NCBI GenBank assembly: GCA_963695225.1
Contig: OY968762.1
Coordinates: 1,920,001 to 1,984,000, forward strand
Direction: 5' to 3'
DNA length: 64,000 nucleotides
Origin: Vulcanimicrobiota bacterium
GTDB taxonomy: Bacteria; Vulcanimicrobiota; Vulcanimicrobiia; Vulcanimicrobiales; Vulcanimicrobiaceae
A program made the position numbers and the translations under genes. Positions 9,836 through 19,651 of the stretch are shown here, one piece after another. The notes under the pieces are model-generated. The model was given only the letters and a program-made list of their open reading frames with translations. It was not told where the DNA came from and ran no database searches. How positions within the stretch are numbered: the stretch's first letter is position 1; the number at the start of each line of letters is the position of its first letter.

Positions 9836-12154
9836 ATGAAGTTACCGAAGGTCCAACTGCCCAAGCCCAAAGGCGCGAGGGCGGAAGGCCCCAAAACGGA
9901 CCCGGTCGCCGATCCGCCCAAACCGCAGAGTCCGGCGCCGGCGCCGAAGGACTCGCGCGACCCGAAAGCGTCCGGCGTGCTGGCCGCCGCACGCCCGCCT
10001 CGCAAGCTCGACGGCTCGCTCAGCCTGTTGCTCGTGCTCGCCGGTGCCCTCGCGTTCGCGTATTCGATCTATTGCGTCGTGCAACAGAACGCGCGGATCG
10101 CCGATCAGCAGGCGGCGAACGTCGTCAGCATCACGACGGCCGAGCGCCAACGAACGCTCACGCAGCGCATCGCGAAGGATCTCGTCCTCTTGCAGGCGGC
10201 CGCGCACGCTCGTAGATCCTCGGAACAACCCCGCGGCGAATTGTTCGAAGCGGCAGCGCTTTTCGGTTCCGCGCAGGACGCGCTCTTGAACGGAGGGCGC
10301 ACGCGCGACGCCGCCTCGGCGGAGGTCGCCGTCGCGAAAACGGTCGACCCGGCGGCGATCGGGCTCATCCAAGAGGGGAACGCCACCTGGAACGAACTCA
10401 AGCGCCGCATCGACCGCATCGCGGCGACCCGCGACAGCCTCGGCGCGATCGACGCCGCGGCCGCTTACGCGCTCGATACGAACGCGCGCCAGTTCGAGAA
10501 CGCGAACGCTCTCGCCAGCGCGATCGAAGACGCCGCCGCACGGAGCCTCCAGACGCTCGCGGCCGAACGGCTGCGTTTCTCCATCCTCGCCGGCATCGGC
10601 TTCATCGCAATCGTCGGCGGCCTGGGCCTGCGGTTGCGCGCCGGTCAGAAGGAAATCACGCGCTACGCCGGTGACCTCGAACGCGAGAAGCGCGGCGCCG
10701 ATCTCATCATGCAGACCGCGAGCGACGGCCTGCTGCTGATCGATTCCGATTTCAAGATCGGCGCGGACCACTCGCGCGTCCTGCAAGAGATGCTCGAGAC
10801 GCCCGATCTGGCGGGGCGCAATTTGATCGACGTCCTCCACGGGCGGATCACGGAGCGCATGGAGCGCGCGGGGCGCGAGTTCCTCCCGCTGCTCTTCGAT
10901 CCGTCCCACCGGGAGCGCACGGTGCTGCGCGTCAATCCCTACGACGAGCTCGAGGTCAGCTTTCCCGCTGAGGCGGGCGGGCTGCGGACGAAGATCCTCT
11001 CGTTTTCGTTCCGGCGCATCCTCGAAGGCGAGCGCGTCGGGCGCGTCTTCGTCGCGATCGCCGACGTCTCCGAACGCGTGACGTTTCAGCGCGAGCTCGC
11101 GGAGTCGGAACGGCGCAAGGAGCGACAGATCGAGTTCCTGTTCGCCGCGCTGCACGTCGAAGGCGCCGCGCTCGGCGATTTCCTGGATACGGCGCGTGAA
11201 AACGCGCGCGTGATCAACGAATCGTTGCGCGCCGAGGATTTCGTCCCCGGCACGAACCAGCAAGCGATGCTGCGCGAGCGCCTGAACTCGATCTTCCGGT
11301 CCGTGCACAGCATCAAAGGGAACGCCGCGTACCTCGGGCTCGAGCACTTCCAGACGCTCGCGGCCTCGTTCGAGACGAAGCTCGCGGAGCTGCGCTCCCG
11401 CCCGACGCTGGGCGGCGACGACTTCCTCGCGGTCGTCATCGCGAACGGCGCGCTCCAAGCCGACCTCGACGAGCTCGCGGTCGTGCTGGAAAAGTTTCCG
11501 GCGCTTCGCGGCGGGACGGCGCCGGCCTCGCAGACTGCTCGCGCGAACGGCGAGACGCCCGCGGCCGGATCGGCTACGCCGATCGTGGAGCGCGTTCGCT
11601 CGGTCGTCGCGGAGACGGGACGCCGCCTCGGGAAGACGGCGACGCTCGACGCCGCCGGCTTCGACGAAGCCTCGATTCCCGCATCCTTGCGCCCGGCCGT
11701 CGAGGACGTCCTCGTTCAACTCGCGCGCAACGGCATGGCGCACGGCATCGAGGGGCCCGGCGAGCGGTCCGCGCTCGGCAAGCCTCGCGAAGGGAAACTC
11801 GTCGTGACGTGCCGCGCGGCCGCCGGCGACGGCGTCGAGTTCGCGTTCACCGACGACGGACGCGGCCTCGATCCCGGCGCGATCCGCGCGCGCGCGGCCC
11901 AGATGGGCCTGTTCCCCGCCGGCGAGCTCGCAAAAATCGACGACTCGGAAGCGCTCGGGCTGATCTTCCGCTCCGGGTTCTCGACCGCAGAGAGCGGCGA
12001 CGGGCATCGCGGTATCGGATTGGACGTCATCAAGCAGCGCGTCGTCGCGGAGTGCGGCGGAGAAATCGGGATCCGCACTGAGCCCGGCGCGTTCACGTCG
12101 TTCTCGTTCAGCCTTCCGCTCCGTGCGCGCGAGCAGCAACGGGCGACGCCGTGA
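9836..12154 (+). CDS. Membrane-anchored CheA-like histidine kinase (PilJ/NarX-like sensor, PAS-like, HPt, HATPase; no CheW domain)
   Basis: Two TM helices flank ERQRTLTQRIAK; HPt IFRSVHSIKGNA; N/G boxes RNGMAHGIE, DDGRGLD, IFRSGFSTA, RGIGLD. Confidence 0.85.
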   Translation: MKLPKVQLPKPKGARAEGPKTDPVADPPKPQSPAPAPKDSRDPKASGVLAAARPPRKLDGSLSLLLVLAGALAFAYSIYCVVQQNARIADQQAANVVSITTAERQRTLTQRIAKDLVLLQAAAHARRSSEQPRGELFEAAALFGSAQDALLNGGRTRDAASAEVAVAKTVDPAAIGLIQEGNATWNELKRRIDRIAATRDSLGAIDAAAAYALDTNARQFENANALASAIEDAAARSLQTLAAERLRFSILAGIGFIAIVGGLGLRLRAGQKEITRYAGDLEREKRGADLIMQTASDGLLLIDSDFKIGADHSRVLQEMLETPDLAGRNLIDVLHGRITERMERAGREFLPLLFDPSHRERTVLRVNPYDELEVSFPAEAGGLRTKILSFSFRRILEGERVGRVFVAIADVSERVTFQRELAESERRKERQIEFLFAALHVEGAALGDFLDTARENARVINESLRAEDFVPGTNQQAMLRERLNSIFRSVHSIKGNAAYLGLEHFQTLAASFETKLAELRSRPTLGGDDFLAVVIANGALQADLDELAVVLEKFPALRGGTAPASQTARANGETPAAGSATPIVERVRSVVAETGRRLGKTATLDAAGFDEASIPASLRPAVEDVLVQLARNGMAHGIEGPGERSALGKPREGKLVVTCRAAAGDGVEFAFTDDGRGLDPGAIRARAAQMGLFPAGELAKIDDSEALGLIFRSGFSTAESGDGHRGIGLDVIKQRVVAECGGEIGIRTEPGAFTSFSFSLPLRAREQQRATP

Positions 12155-12507
12155 AGGTTCTGATCGTTGACGATTCAACGATCATTCGCCGCTCGATCGA
12201 GCGGACGATCGCCCACCGGGGTTACACGATCCGGACGGCGGCGAACGGACGCGACGCGCTCTCCGCTTTCACCGAGTTCGAGCCGGATTTCGTGACGATG
12301 GACATCACGATGCCGGAGATCGACGGGCTCACCTGCGCGACCGAGATGCTCAAACGCAGGCCCGGGGTTCGCATCCTCGTCATCTCCGCGCTCGGCGACA
12401 AGCTCACGGCGATCGAAGCGGTCAAACGCGGCGCCCGCGGCTTCCTGCTCAAACCGTTCACGCCGCAGATGCTCGATACCGAGGTCCGCGAGCTCTTCAT
12501 CGATTGA
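12151..12507 (+). CDS. Single-domain response regulator (CheY-like)
   Basis: VLIVDDS, TMDITMPEIDG, FLLKPF; GTGA overlap with the kinase. Confidence 0.93.
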   Translation: MKVLIVDDSTIIRRSIERTIAHRGYTIRTAANGRDALSAFTEFEPDFVTMDITMPEIDGLTCATEMLKRRPGVRILVISALGDKLTAIEAVKRGARGFLLKPFTPQMLDTEVRELFID

Positions 12508-12523
12508 CTGCCGGCTGGGAAGA

Positions 12524-13297
12524 CTACGGCGGCAGCGACGGAAGGGGAGCCGGCTCCGGGACCTGATCGGCGAACGTGGCGGACGGCAGCGAGCTCGGGA
12601 AGCGGTACGCGCTCCAGACGATCCGTTCGCTGACCGGCGCCCCTTTGGAGAGCGCGTCGATGCGCGCTTCGCGGATCATCCAATGCTTTTCGGCCGTCGC
12701 GAACAGCAGTTCCCCATGCCCGTGGACGCCGCCGGAGGACGAACGAAAGCGCAGCATCGCCGGCAGGTAGCTCGTGCCGTCGAGCGAGATCTCCTCGACC
12801 GTGAACGGCGCGGCAGTCCGCGCTTCGGTGCGATACCGGTAGAGAACGTGGTCCCCGCTCTTCGTGCTGCCCACGAACGTGAACGCGTAACGCTCCGGCG
12901 CCGGCGCGACCGCGGAGAGCGCATACCGGTCGACGGAGTCGTGCCGAATGCGGACGCGCGCAGGCTTCAAGCGCCGGCCGTCCTCCTCGATCACCTCGTC
13001 GCGCTGGTCGCGTCCGGCGCGATAGATGCGGTGCACCTGCGAGATGTTCGTCCCCCCGCTTTGCTCGACGCTGTATTCGAACGAAACGTACTTCGGCGCG
13101 GAATACACGTCGAGCATCTCGAGATAATGGGTCAGCACGCTCGCCGCCTTCGCCGAAGCAGCCGCCGCCGCAGCCGGCGACGGCGATGCCGGCTGCGAGA
13201 CGGCCATGCCGGAACGCGGCGCCGGAGCGGCGCCCAGCGGCGTCGCCCAGAGCAGGCCGGCGGCGAGCGCGAGCGCCGCGAGGGCGCGCGCGCCCAT
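12524..13297 (-). CDS. Secreted hypothetical protein, possible LolA/RseB-like beta fold
   Basis: Signal peptide, Pro/Ala linker, beta-strand-rich body; coupled to alaS. Confidence 0.65.
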   Translation of the reverse strand: MGARALAALALAAGLLWATPLGAAPAPRSGMAVSQPASPSPAAAAAASAKAASVLTHYLEMLDVYSAPKYVSFEYSVEQSGGTNISQVHRIYRAGRDQRDEVIEEDGRRLKPARVRIRHDSVDRYALSAVAPAPERYAFTFVGSTKSGDHVLYRYRTEARTAAPFTVEEISLDGTSYLPAMLRFRSSSGGVHGHGELLFATAEKHWMIREARIDALSKGAPVSERIVWSAYRFPSSLPSATFADQVPEPAPLPSLPP

Positions 13298-15900
13298 CAC
13301 GTGAGCTTGGTCTTGATCGCGCGCAGCGCCGCCTCGGCGCCCGCAACGTTCTTGCCGCCGCCTTGCGCCTGCGTCGCGCTGCCCCCGCCCTTCCCCTCGA
13401 TGAACGGTGCCGCGACGCGCAGCAGTTCGCCCGCGTGCACGCCGTTCTTGGCGAGATCGTTGCTGACGGAGATCAGGAGCGCGACGGAATCATCGTTGAT
13501 GCCGGCGAGCGCCACGATCCCGCTATGAAAGCGCAGCCGGATCGCCGCGTTGAGACGCGCCAGCATCTCCGCGCTCCCCTCCGGAACCATCGCCGCGACG
13601 ACCTTGTTCCCGCCGACCGTCTCGGCATGGTCGACGTACGTCCGCGCGAAGCTCGCGGCGAGCTTCGCGCGCGCCTCCGCCAGCGTCTTTTCGAGTTCGC
13701 GCACGTCGCCTTGCAGGCGGCCGACGCGGTCGGCGACTTCGTCCGGCTTCGCCGAGAGCGATTCCGCGAGCGTGGCGACGAGCGCCTGCTGATCGAGCGC
13801 GTAGGCCTCGGCAGCCCCGGAGACGATCCCCTCGATGCGCCGGATTCCGCTCCCGATCGAGGATTCGCTCAAGATGAAGAACATGCCGAGCTCGCCCGTC
13901 GAGATCGAGTGCGTGCCGCCGCAGAACTCGACCGAAGGGCCGGCGCTCACGACGCGCACGCGCTCGCCGTACTTCTCGCCGGGCATCATGTAGGCGCCCG
14001 TCTTGACCGCCTCTTCGAGCGGCAATTCCCGAGTCTCGAGATGATAGTCGGCGCGGATGATCTCGTTGACCCGCTGCGCGACGGCGCGCTGCTGTTCTCG
14101 CGTGACGGCGCCGCCGGGCGAACGGAAGTCGTAGCGCATGCGATCGACGCCGACCCACGAGCCCGCCTGCGCGATCTCATCGCCCAGGACGTCTTTGAGC
14201 GCGCGCTGCAGGAGGTGGGCCGAGGTGTGGTGCCGTCGGATTTCGCGGCGCCAGAGCGGATCTACCGCAGTCACGAGCGCGTCGCCGACCCTGAACGTCC
14301 CGGCCTTCACGACGCCGGCGTGCACGATCGCGTCGCCGACGAACTGCGTATCCTTGACCTCGAAGAGCGCGTCGCCGCACGCGATCGTGCCGCGATCGCC
14401 GATCTGGCCGCCCTTCTCCGCGTAGAACGACGTCGAGTCGAGGATCAACTGCGCTTGCGTCCCGAGACTCACTTCGTCGATCGAGGTTCCTTCAACCGCG
14501 ATCGCGACGAGCTTTCCGCCGCCCTCGAGACCGTCGTAGCCGGTGAACTCCGTCCGGATCGCGGGGAGATCCGTGACGACTACCGTCGCGCGCTTCTTGC
14601 GCGCATCCTCGCGCGCGCGTTCGCGCTGATCGCGCATCGCGTTCTCGTAACCGATCAAGTCGATCTGCACGCCCGCTTCGCTCGCGATCTCGCGCGTCAG
14701 CTCCGAAGGGAAGCCGAACGTATCGTGCAGCGTGAAGACGTCGCGCCCCGCGAGCGGAACGTCGTTCGCCTTGGCAGCTTCGATGAGCCCCGCAAGCATC
14801 TCGCTGCCGCGCTCGAGCGTCCGGTCGAAAGCCGCCTCTTCGCTCGCGAGCGCCTGCTCCACGGAGGTTTGCGCCGTCGCAAGGTCGGGATAGGCGATGC
14901 CGAGAGACGCGACGACGGCGGGGACGAGCCCGGTCAAGAAGCCGTTCGGATAGCCCAGAAGCCGGCCGTTGCGAATCGCGCGCCGCGTCAGGAAGCGCAG
15001 CACGTAGCCGCGATCCGTGTTGGACGGCACAACGCCGTCGGCCAACAGGAACGTGACGGCTCGCACGTGGTCGGCGATGATGCGCCGGCGCACGAGTTGC
15101 TCCGCTTCGGAGAGGGAGGTTTGACCGGTCGGCGGCAACGCCGCGATCAGATCGACGAACAGGTCGGTCTCGTACATCGAGGCTTTCCCGTTCGCGACCG
15201 CGAGCATCCGCTCGAAGCCCGCGCCCGTGTCGACGCCCTTACGGGGCAGATCGATCAGTTTGCCGTCCGCCGTCCGATTGTACTGTTGAAAGACGAGATT
15301 CCAGATTTCGACGAAGCGCGAACCTTGGTTCGGCCCGCGATCGTGCGGCCCGCTCGCGTTCTCCGGGCCCGTGTCGAAAAAGATCTCGCTGCACGGCCCG
15401 CACGGCCCCGTCGGGCCCATCGTCCAGAAGTTATCTTCGTCGAAACGCGTGATCTTCGAACTCGCGATCCCAACTTCGTATTCCCACAAACGCTGGGCTT
15501 CGTCGTCGGACGTGTGGACGGTCACGTAGAGTTTGCTCTCGTCGAGCTTCATCACTTGCGTGAGGAAGGCCCATGCGAACAAGATCGCTTCGCGCTTATA
15601 GTAGTCGCCGAAGCTGAAGTTCCCGAGCATCTCGAGGAACGTGCCGTGCCGTCCGGTGCGCCCGACGTTTTCGATGTCGCTCTTCGCGCCGGCGACGCGC
15701 AGGCACCGCTGCACGGTCACGGCGCGCGGGGACGGCGCCGCAACGTCACCGAGGAACACGGGGACGAATTGTTCCATCCCCGCGATCGTGAATAGCGTCG
15801 TCGACATTTCGTCGGGGATCAACGTCGCCGATGGAAGATGCCGGTGGCCGCGCGAAACGAAAAAGTCTACGAAGGCGGTGCGAAGTTCTTGACTGGTCAT
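13297..15900 (-). CDS. alaS: Alanine--tRNA ligase
   Basis: LFTIAGMEQF, FLEMLGNFSFGDYYK, GPCGPCSEIF, HHTSAHLL and EFCGGTH editing motifs, GKGGG C-terminus. Confidence 0.98.
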   Translation of the reverse strand: MTSQELRTAFVDFFVSRGHRHLPSATLIPDEMSTTLFTIAGMEQFVPVFLGDVAAPSPRAVTVQRCLRVAGAKSDIENVGRTGRHGTFLEMLGNFSFGDYYKREAILFAWAFLTQVMKLDESKLYVTVHTSDDEAQRLWEYEVGIASSKITRFDEDNFWTMGPTGPCGPCSEIFFDTGPENASGPHDRGPNQGSRFVEIWNLVFQQYNRTADGKLIDLPRKGVDTGAGFERMLAVANGKASMYETDLFVDLIAALPPTGQTSLSEAEQLVRRRIIADHVRAVTFLLADGVVPSNTDRGYVLRFLTRRAIRNGRLLGYPNGFLTGLVPAVVASLGIAYPDLATAQTSVEQALASEEAAFDRTLERGSEMLAGLIEAAKANDVPLAGRDVFTLHDTFGFPSELTREIASEAGVQIDLIGYENAMRDQRERAREDARKKRATVVVTDLPAIRTEFTGYDGLEGGGKLVAIAVEGTSIDEVSLGTQAQLILDSTSFYAEKGGQIGDRGTIACGDALFEVKDTQFVGDAIVHAGVVKAGTFRVGDALVTAVDPLWRREIRRHHTSAHLLQRALKDVLGDEIAQAGSWVGVDRMRYDFRSPGGAVTREQQRAVAQRVNEIIRADYHLETRELPLEEAVKTGAYMMPGEKYGERVRVVSAGPSVEFCGGTHSISTGELGMFFILSESSIGSGIRRIEGIVSGAAEAYALDQQALVATLAESLSAKPDEVADRVGRLQGDVRELEKTLAEARAKLAASFARTYVDHAETVGGNKVVAAMVPEGSAEMLARLNAAIRLRFHSGIVALAGINDDSVALLISVSNDLAKNGVHAGELLRVAAPFIEGKGGGSATQAQGGGKNVAGAEAALRAIKTKLT

Positions 15901-16024
15901 GCCCGGTTGCACTTCCGGGGAATCGGGAGTTTTGCCTCGCCCGGGCGGCGCGGAGTTTGGGACGAGCAGATGCATGATGCTCTAGGTATCGGCCCCAGGC
16001 GAGCCGGGCTTCGTGCGAGCCTGC

Positions 16025-17215
16025 TCACACTCGCCCTTCGAGAGTGTGGAAGCGGAGGCGGCGCAGGACCAGCGGTAGCGCGAGCCCTTGCCCGACGATC
16101 GTTACGACGACCACGCCGAAGACGGCATCGATGATCTCGGCCCGGTGGGGAAGGCTCTGCGGGAGCCCGAGCGCGAGCGCGACCGAGAGGGCCCCGCGGA
16201 TCCCCGAGAGCGCGATGACATGCAGCCAGGATCGCATCCCGGGGCGCAACCCCGAAAACGGCAGCACGACGTACGAAAGGATGACCCTCGCCGCGATCAA
16301 GAGCCCAAGCGTCGCGAGCACGAGCTTCGGCTCGTGGATCATCCGGTCGAACTCGATGCGCAGACCCATCGCGAGGAATACGAGCGAATTCGCGAAGAAC
16401 GCCAGGGTCGCCCAGAACCGGTCGACGTCCTCGGCGGCCGCTTCCGTCGGGAAGCCCCGCACTGCGCGCAGCGCGATCCCCACGGCGAGGACGGCGAAGA
16501 TGCCCGAAATCGCCAGCCGGTCCGCCGCGAGATACGCGCCGTAGGCCGCGACGACCGTTCCGACGACGAGCAGCATCGGATCCGGGACCGAGCGCAACGA
16601 GAATACGAGGAGTCCGGCCGCGGCGAGGCCGATCGCGGCGCCCCCGGCCGTCACCTCGAGGAACCGCAAACCGCTCGCCGGGAGGTCGAACCCCAGCGCC
16701 CCGCCCGCGAGCGCCGCGGCGAACAGGCCCGTCAGGACGACGGCGACGCCGTCGTTGAAGAGCGACTCGCTCTCGACGATCGCCTGCAGGTCGGCTGGGA
16801 CGCGCAAACGGCGGAAGATCGCGATCACGGCGATCGGATCCGTGGCCGAGAGGATCGCCCCCAGCAAGAGCGCCGGAAGCGGCGGGAGGAGGCCGAGCAG
16901 GACGAGCCCGCCTGCCACGCAGAGCGCGCTGAAGAGCACCCCCGGGACGGCGAGGATGAGGATCGGCCGCCAGTACCTGCGCAGCGCGGCGAGATCGAGA
17001 TTCCAGGCCGCCTCGAAGACGAGCGCCGGCAGGAAGACGAAGAGCAAGAGCGGCGTGAAGCGGTCCCCGACGACCCGCGGCAGCTGCACCGGGAGAGAGA
17101 TCAGCAGCATCAGGACGACGTACGGCAGCCCCGTGCGCTGCGCGACGATCCCGCCCAAGAGCGCGACGCCGAGCATCGCGACGACCACCTCGACGCCGTA
17201 CTGCAGCGATTCCAT
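16025..17215 (-). CDS. CPA1/NhaP-family Na+(K+)/H+ antiporter
   Basis: FLPALVFEAA, SATDPIAV, ESLFNDG, GIRGALSVALAL. Confidence 0.92.
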   Translation of the reverse strand: MESLQYGVEVVVAMLGVALLGGIVAQRTGLPYVVLMLLISLPVQLPRVVGDRFTPLLLFVFLPALVFEAAWNLDLAALRRYWRPILILAVPGVLFSALCVAGGLVLLGLLPPLPALLLGAILSATDPIAVIAIFRRLRVPADLQAIVESESLFNDGVAVVLTGLFAAALAGGALGFDLPASGLRFLEVTAGGAAIGLAAAGLLVFSLRSVPDPMLLVVGTVVAAYGAYLAADRLAISGIFAVLAVGIALRAVRGFPTEAAAEDVDRFWATLAFFANSLVFLAMGLRIEFDRMIHEPKLVLATLGLLIAARVILSYVVLPFSGLRPGMRSWLHVIALSGIRGALSVALALGLPQSLPHRAEIIDAVFGVVVVTIVGQGLALPLVLRRLRFHTLEGRV

Positions 17216-17256
17216 CGCGCTTCCGCGCCGCTATCTTCGAACGAACCCGAGCGCCG

Positions 17257-18042
17257 TCAGCGCTCGATCAGGGCGGTCTTGAGCTTATCGAGCGCCTTCT
17301 GCTGCAAGCGCGAAACGTGCATCTGCGAGACGCCGAGGCGCCGCGCGACCTCGCTCTGCGAGAGATGCTCGAAATAGCGCAGATAGACGACGATCCGCTC
17401 GCGCCCCGAGAGCACTTTGAACGCCTGCTCCAAATTCGCGCGATCCTCCAGGAGCTCGATGCCGGCATCGATCTCGCCGACGTAATCGGCGAGCTTCTGG
17501 TTCGCGTGCTCGGATTCGCCGAGCGGCTCGGAATCGAGCGAGATCAGGTTGTACGCGCCCCCGAGCTCCTGCGCTTCGATCACCTCTTCAGGCGTAGCCT
17601 CAAGATGCTCGGCAAGTTCCGCGACGGTCGGCGCGCGCCCCCGGTCGACGGTCAACCGCTCGATCGCGCGGTTGACCGCGAGATTGAGCTCCTGAAGCCG
17701 GCGCGGAACCTTGACGGCCCAGCCCTTGTCGCGAAAATGCCGCTTGATCTCCCCGACGATCGTCGGGGTCGCGTACGTCGTGAATTCGACGCCGCGCGCC
17801 GGATCGAAGCGGTCGATCGCCTTGACGAGTCCGAGATTGCCGACCTGGACGAGATCGTCGAACGCTTCCCCGCGGTTGACGAACTTCGCTGCGAGATATC
17901 GCACGAGGCTCTGGTGCGTTACGGCAAGCTCCTCGCGAAGGTGCTCGATCTCCGAGCGCGCGCGAGAAGAATCCCGCCGTTCGAGGCTTTCGCGCAAACC
18001 GACGAGTCGCGCGAACGCCTCCGGATCCGCGTTACGAGTCAC
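17257..18042 (-). CDS. sigB: SigB/SigF/SigG-family sigma factor
   Basis: DDLVQVGNLGLVKAIDRFDP, PTIVGEIKRHFRD, GVSQMHVSRL. Confidence 0.9.
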   Translation of the reverse strand: MTRNADPEAFARLVGLRESLERRDSSRARSEIEHLREELAVTHQSLVRYLAAKFVNRGEAFDDLVQVGNLGLVKAIDRFDPARGVEFTTYATPTIVGEIKRHFRDKGWAVKVPRRLQELNLAVNRAIERLTVDRGRAPTVAELAEHLEATPEEVIEAQELGGAYNLISLDSEPLGESEHANQKLADYVGEIDAGIELLEDRANLEQAFKVLSGRERIVVYLRYFEHLSQSEVARRLGVSQMHVSRLQQKALDKLKTALIER

Positions 18043-18466
18043 TCGTCCCCGGTACCGATTTGCGCATGACGAGGACGACGCCGCCGTCGGGATCGACGTG
18101 ATAGTCGGCGGAATCCATCAACGATTGTATCAGCACGATGCCGAGGCGATCCTCGCGCGCTTCGGAGACGTTCGGAACCGCGGCTACGTGCGGATCGCTG
18201 CCGTGATCGCGGACCGTGATGCACAGTTCGTCGGGCCCGATTTCTGCCGCGATGACGATCGTATCCGCCCCGTCGGCGTGGCGAATGCGATTCGTGCACG
18301 CCTCCGCAACGGCAAGCTTGAGATCCTCGATGTCTTCCACGGTATAGGCAAGACGGTTTGCTACGCCGGCGATTGCGAGGCGAGCGATCGCGACCCATTC
18401 CGCCTTGCACGGAAAGCGCAGCTCGACCATATCGTGGCTGGCCACGAGCGGCTGCAGAAGCGTCAT
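18032..18466 (-). CDS. rsbW: Anti-sigma factor RsbW-like (ATP-binding motifs degenerate)
   Basis: EDIEDLKLAVAEACTN, LGIVLIQSLMD; lies between the STAS gene and the sigma factor. Confidence 0.85.
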   Translation of the reverse strand: MTLLQPLVASHDMVELRFPCKAEWVAIARLAIAGVANRLAYTVEDIEDLKLAVAEACTNRIRHADGADTIVIAAEIGPDELCITVRDHGSDPHVAAVPNVSEAREDRLGIVLIQSLMDSADYHVDPDGGVVLVMRKSVPGTSDS

Positions 18467-18807
18467 GCCATCAGCGCCTTCTTCGCGTCCGATTCGCTCT
18501 CGAAGATGCCGAAGATCTTGACGAGGCCCGTAATATCGAAGATCTTCCGAATCTGCGGGTTCGTGCAGACGAGGTTGACCGCGCCGCCGTGCTCGCGAAC
18601 GCGCTTGAGCCCGCCGATGAGGACCCCTAGACCCGTCGAGTCGATGTAGCGGACCTTCTCGAGGCTGATGATGAGCTGATAGTGTCCCTGGTCGATGAGA
18701 TCCGTGATCGCATCTTTGACCTTAGGCGACGTATAGACGTCGATCTCGCCTCCGAGTTCGACGACGTCGACGGTATCGGATTTCCGGACGTTGATCTTGA
18801 TATCCAA
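18463..18807 (-). CDS. rsbV: Anti-anti-sigma factor (STAS)
   Basis: GEIDVYTSP, YIDSTGLGVL, IFDITGL. Confidence 0.92.
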   Translation of the reverse strand: MDIKINVRKSDTVDVVELGGEIDVYTSPKVKDAITDLIDQGHYQLIISLEKVRYIDSTGLGVLIGGLKRVREHGGAVNLVCTNPQIRKIFDITGLVKIFGIFESESDAKKALMA

Positions 18808-18815
18808 GGCGGCTC

Positions 18816-19175
18816 CTATTGGTCTGCCAGCAGTCGGGTGCGCTCGGTGTCCGCAACGTTCTTGCCTTCGTCGATCGCTTCTTTTACGTTTCCGCGTACG
18901 TCGTCTACGACTTTCCGTCCGCGCGAATAGATGTCGTTCGCGCCGGCCGTCACGTCGGTCGCCATCGTGCGAGCTCGCTCGCTGACGTCGCCCGCGGCGT
19001 CGCGAGCCTTGTTCGAGGCTTCCCGCGACTTCGCGCGCAGGAGATCGCGCGTCTCTTCCCCGCTCTGGGGTGCGACGAGCATCGCGAGCGCCGAACCGAT
19101 GAGCGCCCCGGTCAGCAGGCCGGCTACGAAGCCGCCCCCGCCCGGGCTCTCCCTGGGAGTCTGATCCTGATCCAT
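18816..19175 (-). CDS. YtxH-domain general stress protein
   Basis: GFVAGLLTGALIG...LVAPQSGEETR. Confidence 0.88.
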   Translation of the reverse strand: MDQDQTPRESPGGGGFVAGLLTGALIGSALAMLVAPQSGEETRDLLRAKSREASNKARDAAGDVSERARTMATDVTAGANDIYSRGRKVVDDVRGNVKEAIDEGKNVADTERTRLLADQ

Positions 19176-19193
19176 GAGCTCTCCTTCCGCTCG

Positions 19194-19613
19194 TTAATAC
19201 CCTGAATCGCCGGGAGGGCGTTCCTTTCCGCGTGCGAGCCGGCGTAACCCCGCCGTCACCCCGCTCACGGTCGAGCCGAGGTTGACGATCGAAGGGGCGA
19301 GCGCGTCCTGCGCGAGGGTCGAGGTCTTCGCGACGCTCCCCGCGACTTTTTCGATCTGGCCGACGACGCCGCTAAGCTTCGCCAGCGTCACGTCGGCGGT
19401 GTCGGCGATCCCGCCGACGTGCGAGAGGGTCTGCGCCACCGGAACCGAGAGCGTGCCAAGCTGTTTCTCGACCTCGTCGAGCGTCCGGTGCAGCCGCAAG
19501 AACGTGTTCCCGAGGCGCACGCAGGCGAACAAGATGCCGATCCCGCCCAGCAAAACGCCGACTCCCACGCCCACGTACAGGATGATCGACCAGTTGAACA
19601 CGTCGCTCGTCAC
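19194..19613 (-). CDS. DUF948/YtxG-like membrane-anchored coiled-coil protein
   Basis: GTG at 19613 after GGAGAAGGAGA; N-terminal TM then heptads (TLDEVEKQL); adjacent to ytxH. Confidence 0.7.
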   Translation of the reverse strand: MTSDVFNWSIILYVGVGVGVLLGGIGILFACVRLGNTFLRLHRTLDEVEKQLGTLSVPVAQTLSHVGGIADTADVTLAKLSGVVGQIEKVAGSVAKTSTLAQDALAPSIVNLGSTVSGVTAGLRRLARGKERPPGDSGY

Positions 19614-19651
19614 GCGGTCTCCTTCTCCGAAAGCGCGGCCGGTGCCGCGCC

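Noticed and set aside
13186..15795. 869-aa plus-strand ORF (and similar ones at 9842-12178, 20638-22662, 24659-26431, 31105-32904, 43612-45918)
   Set aside because: Antisense shadows of well-supported genes
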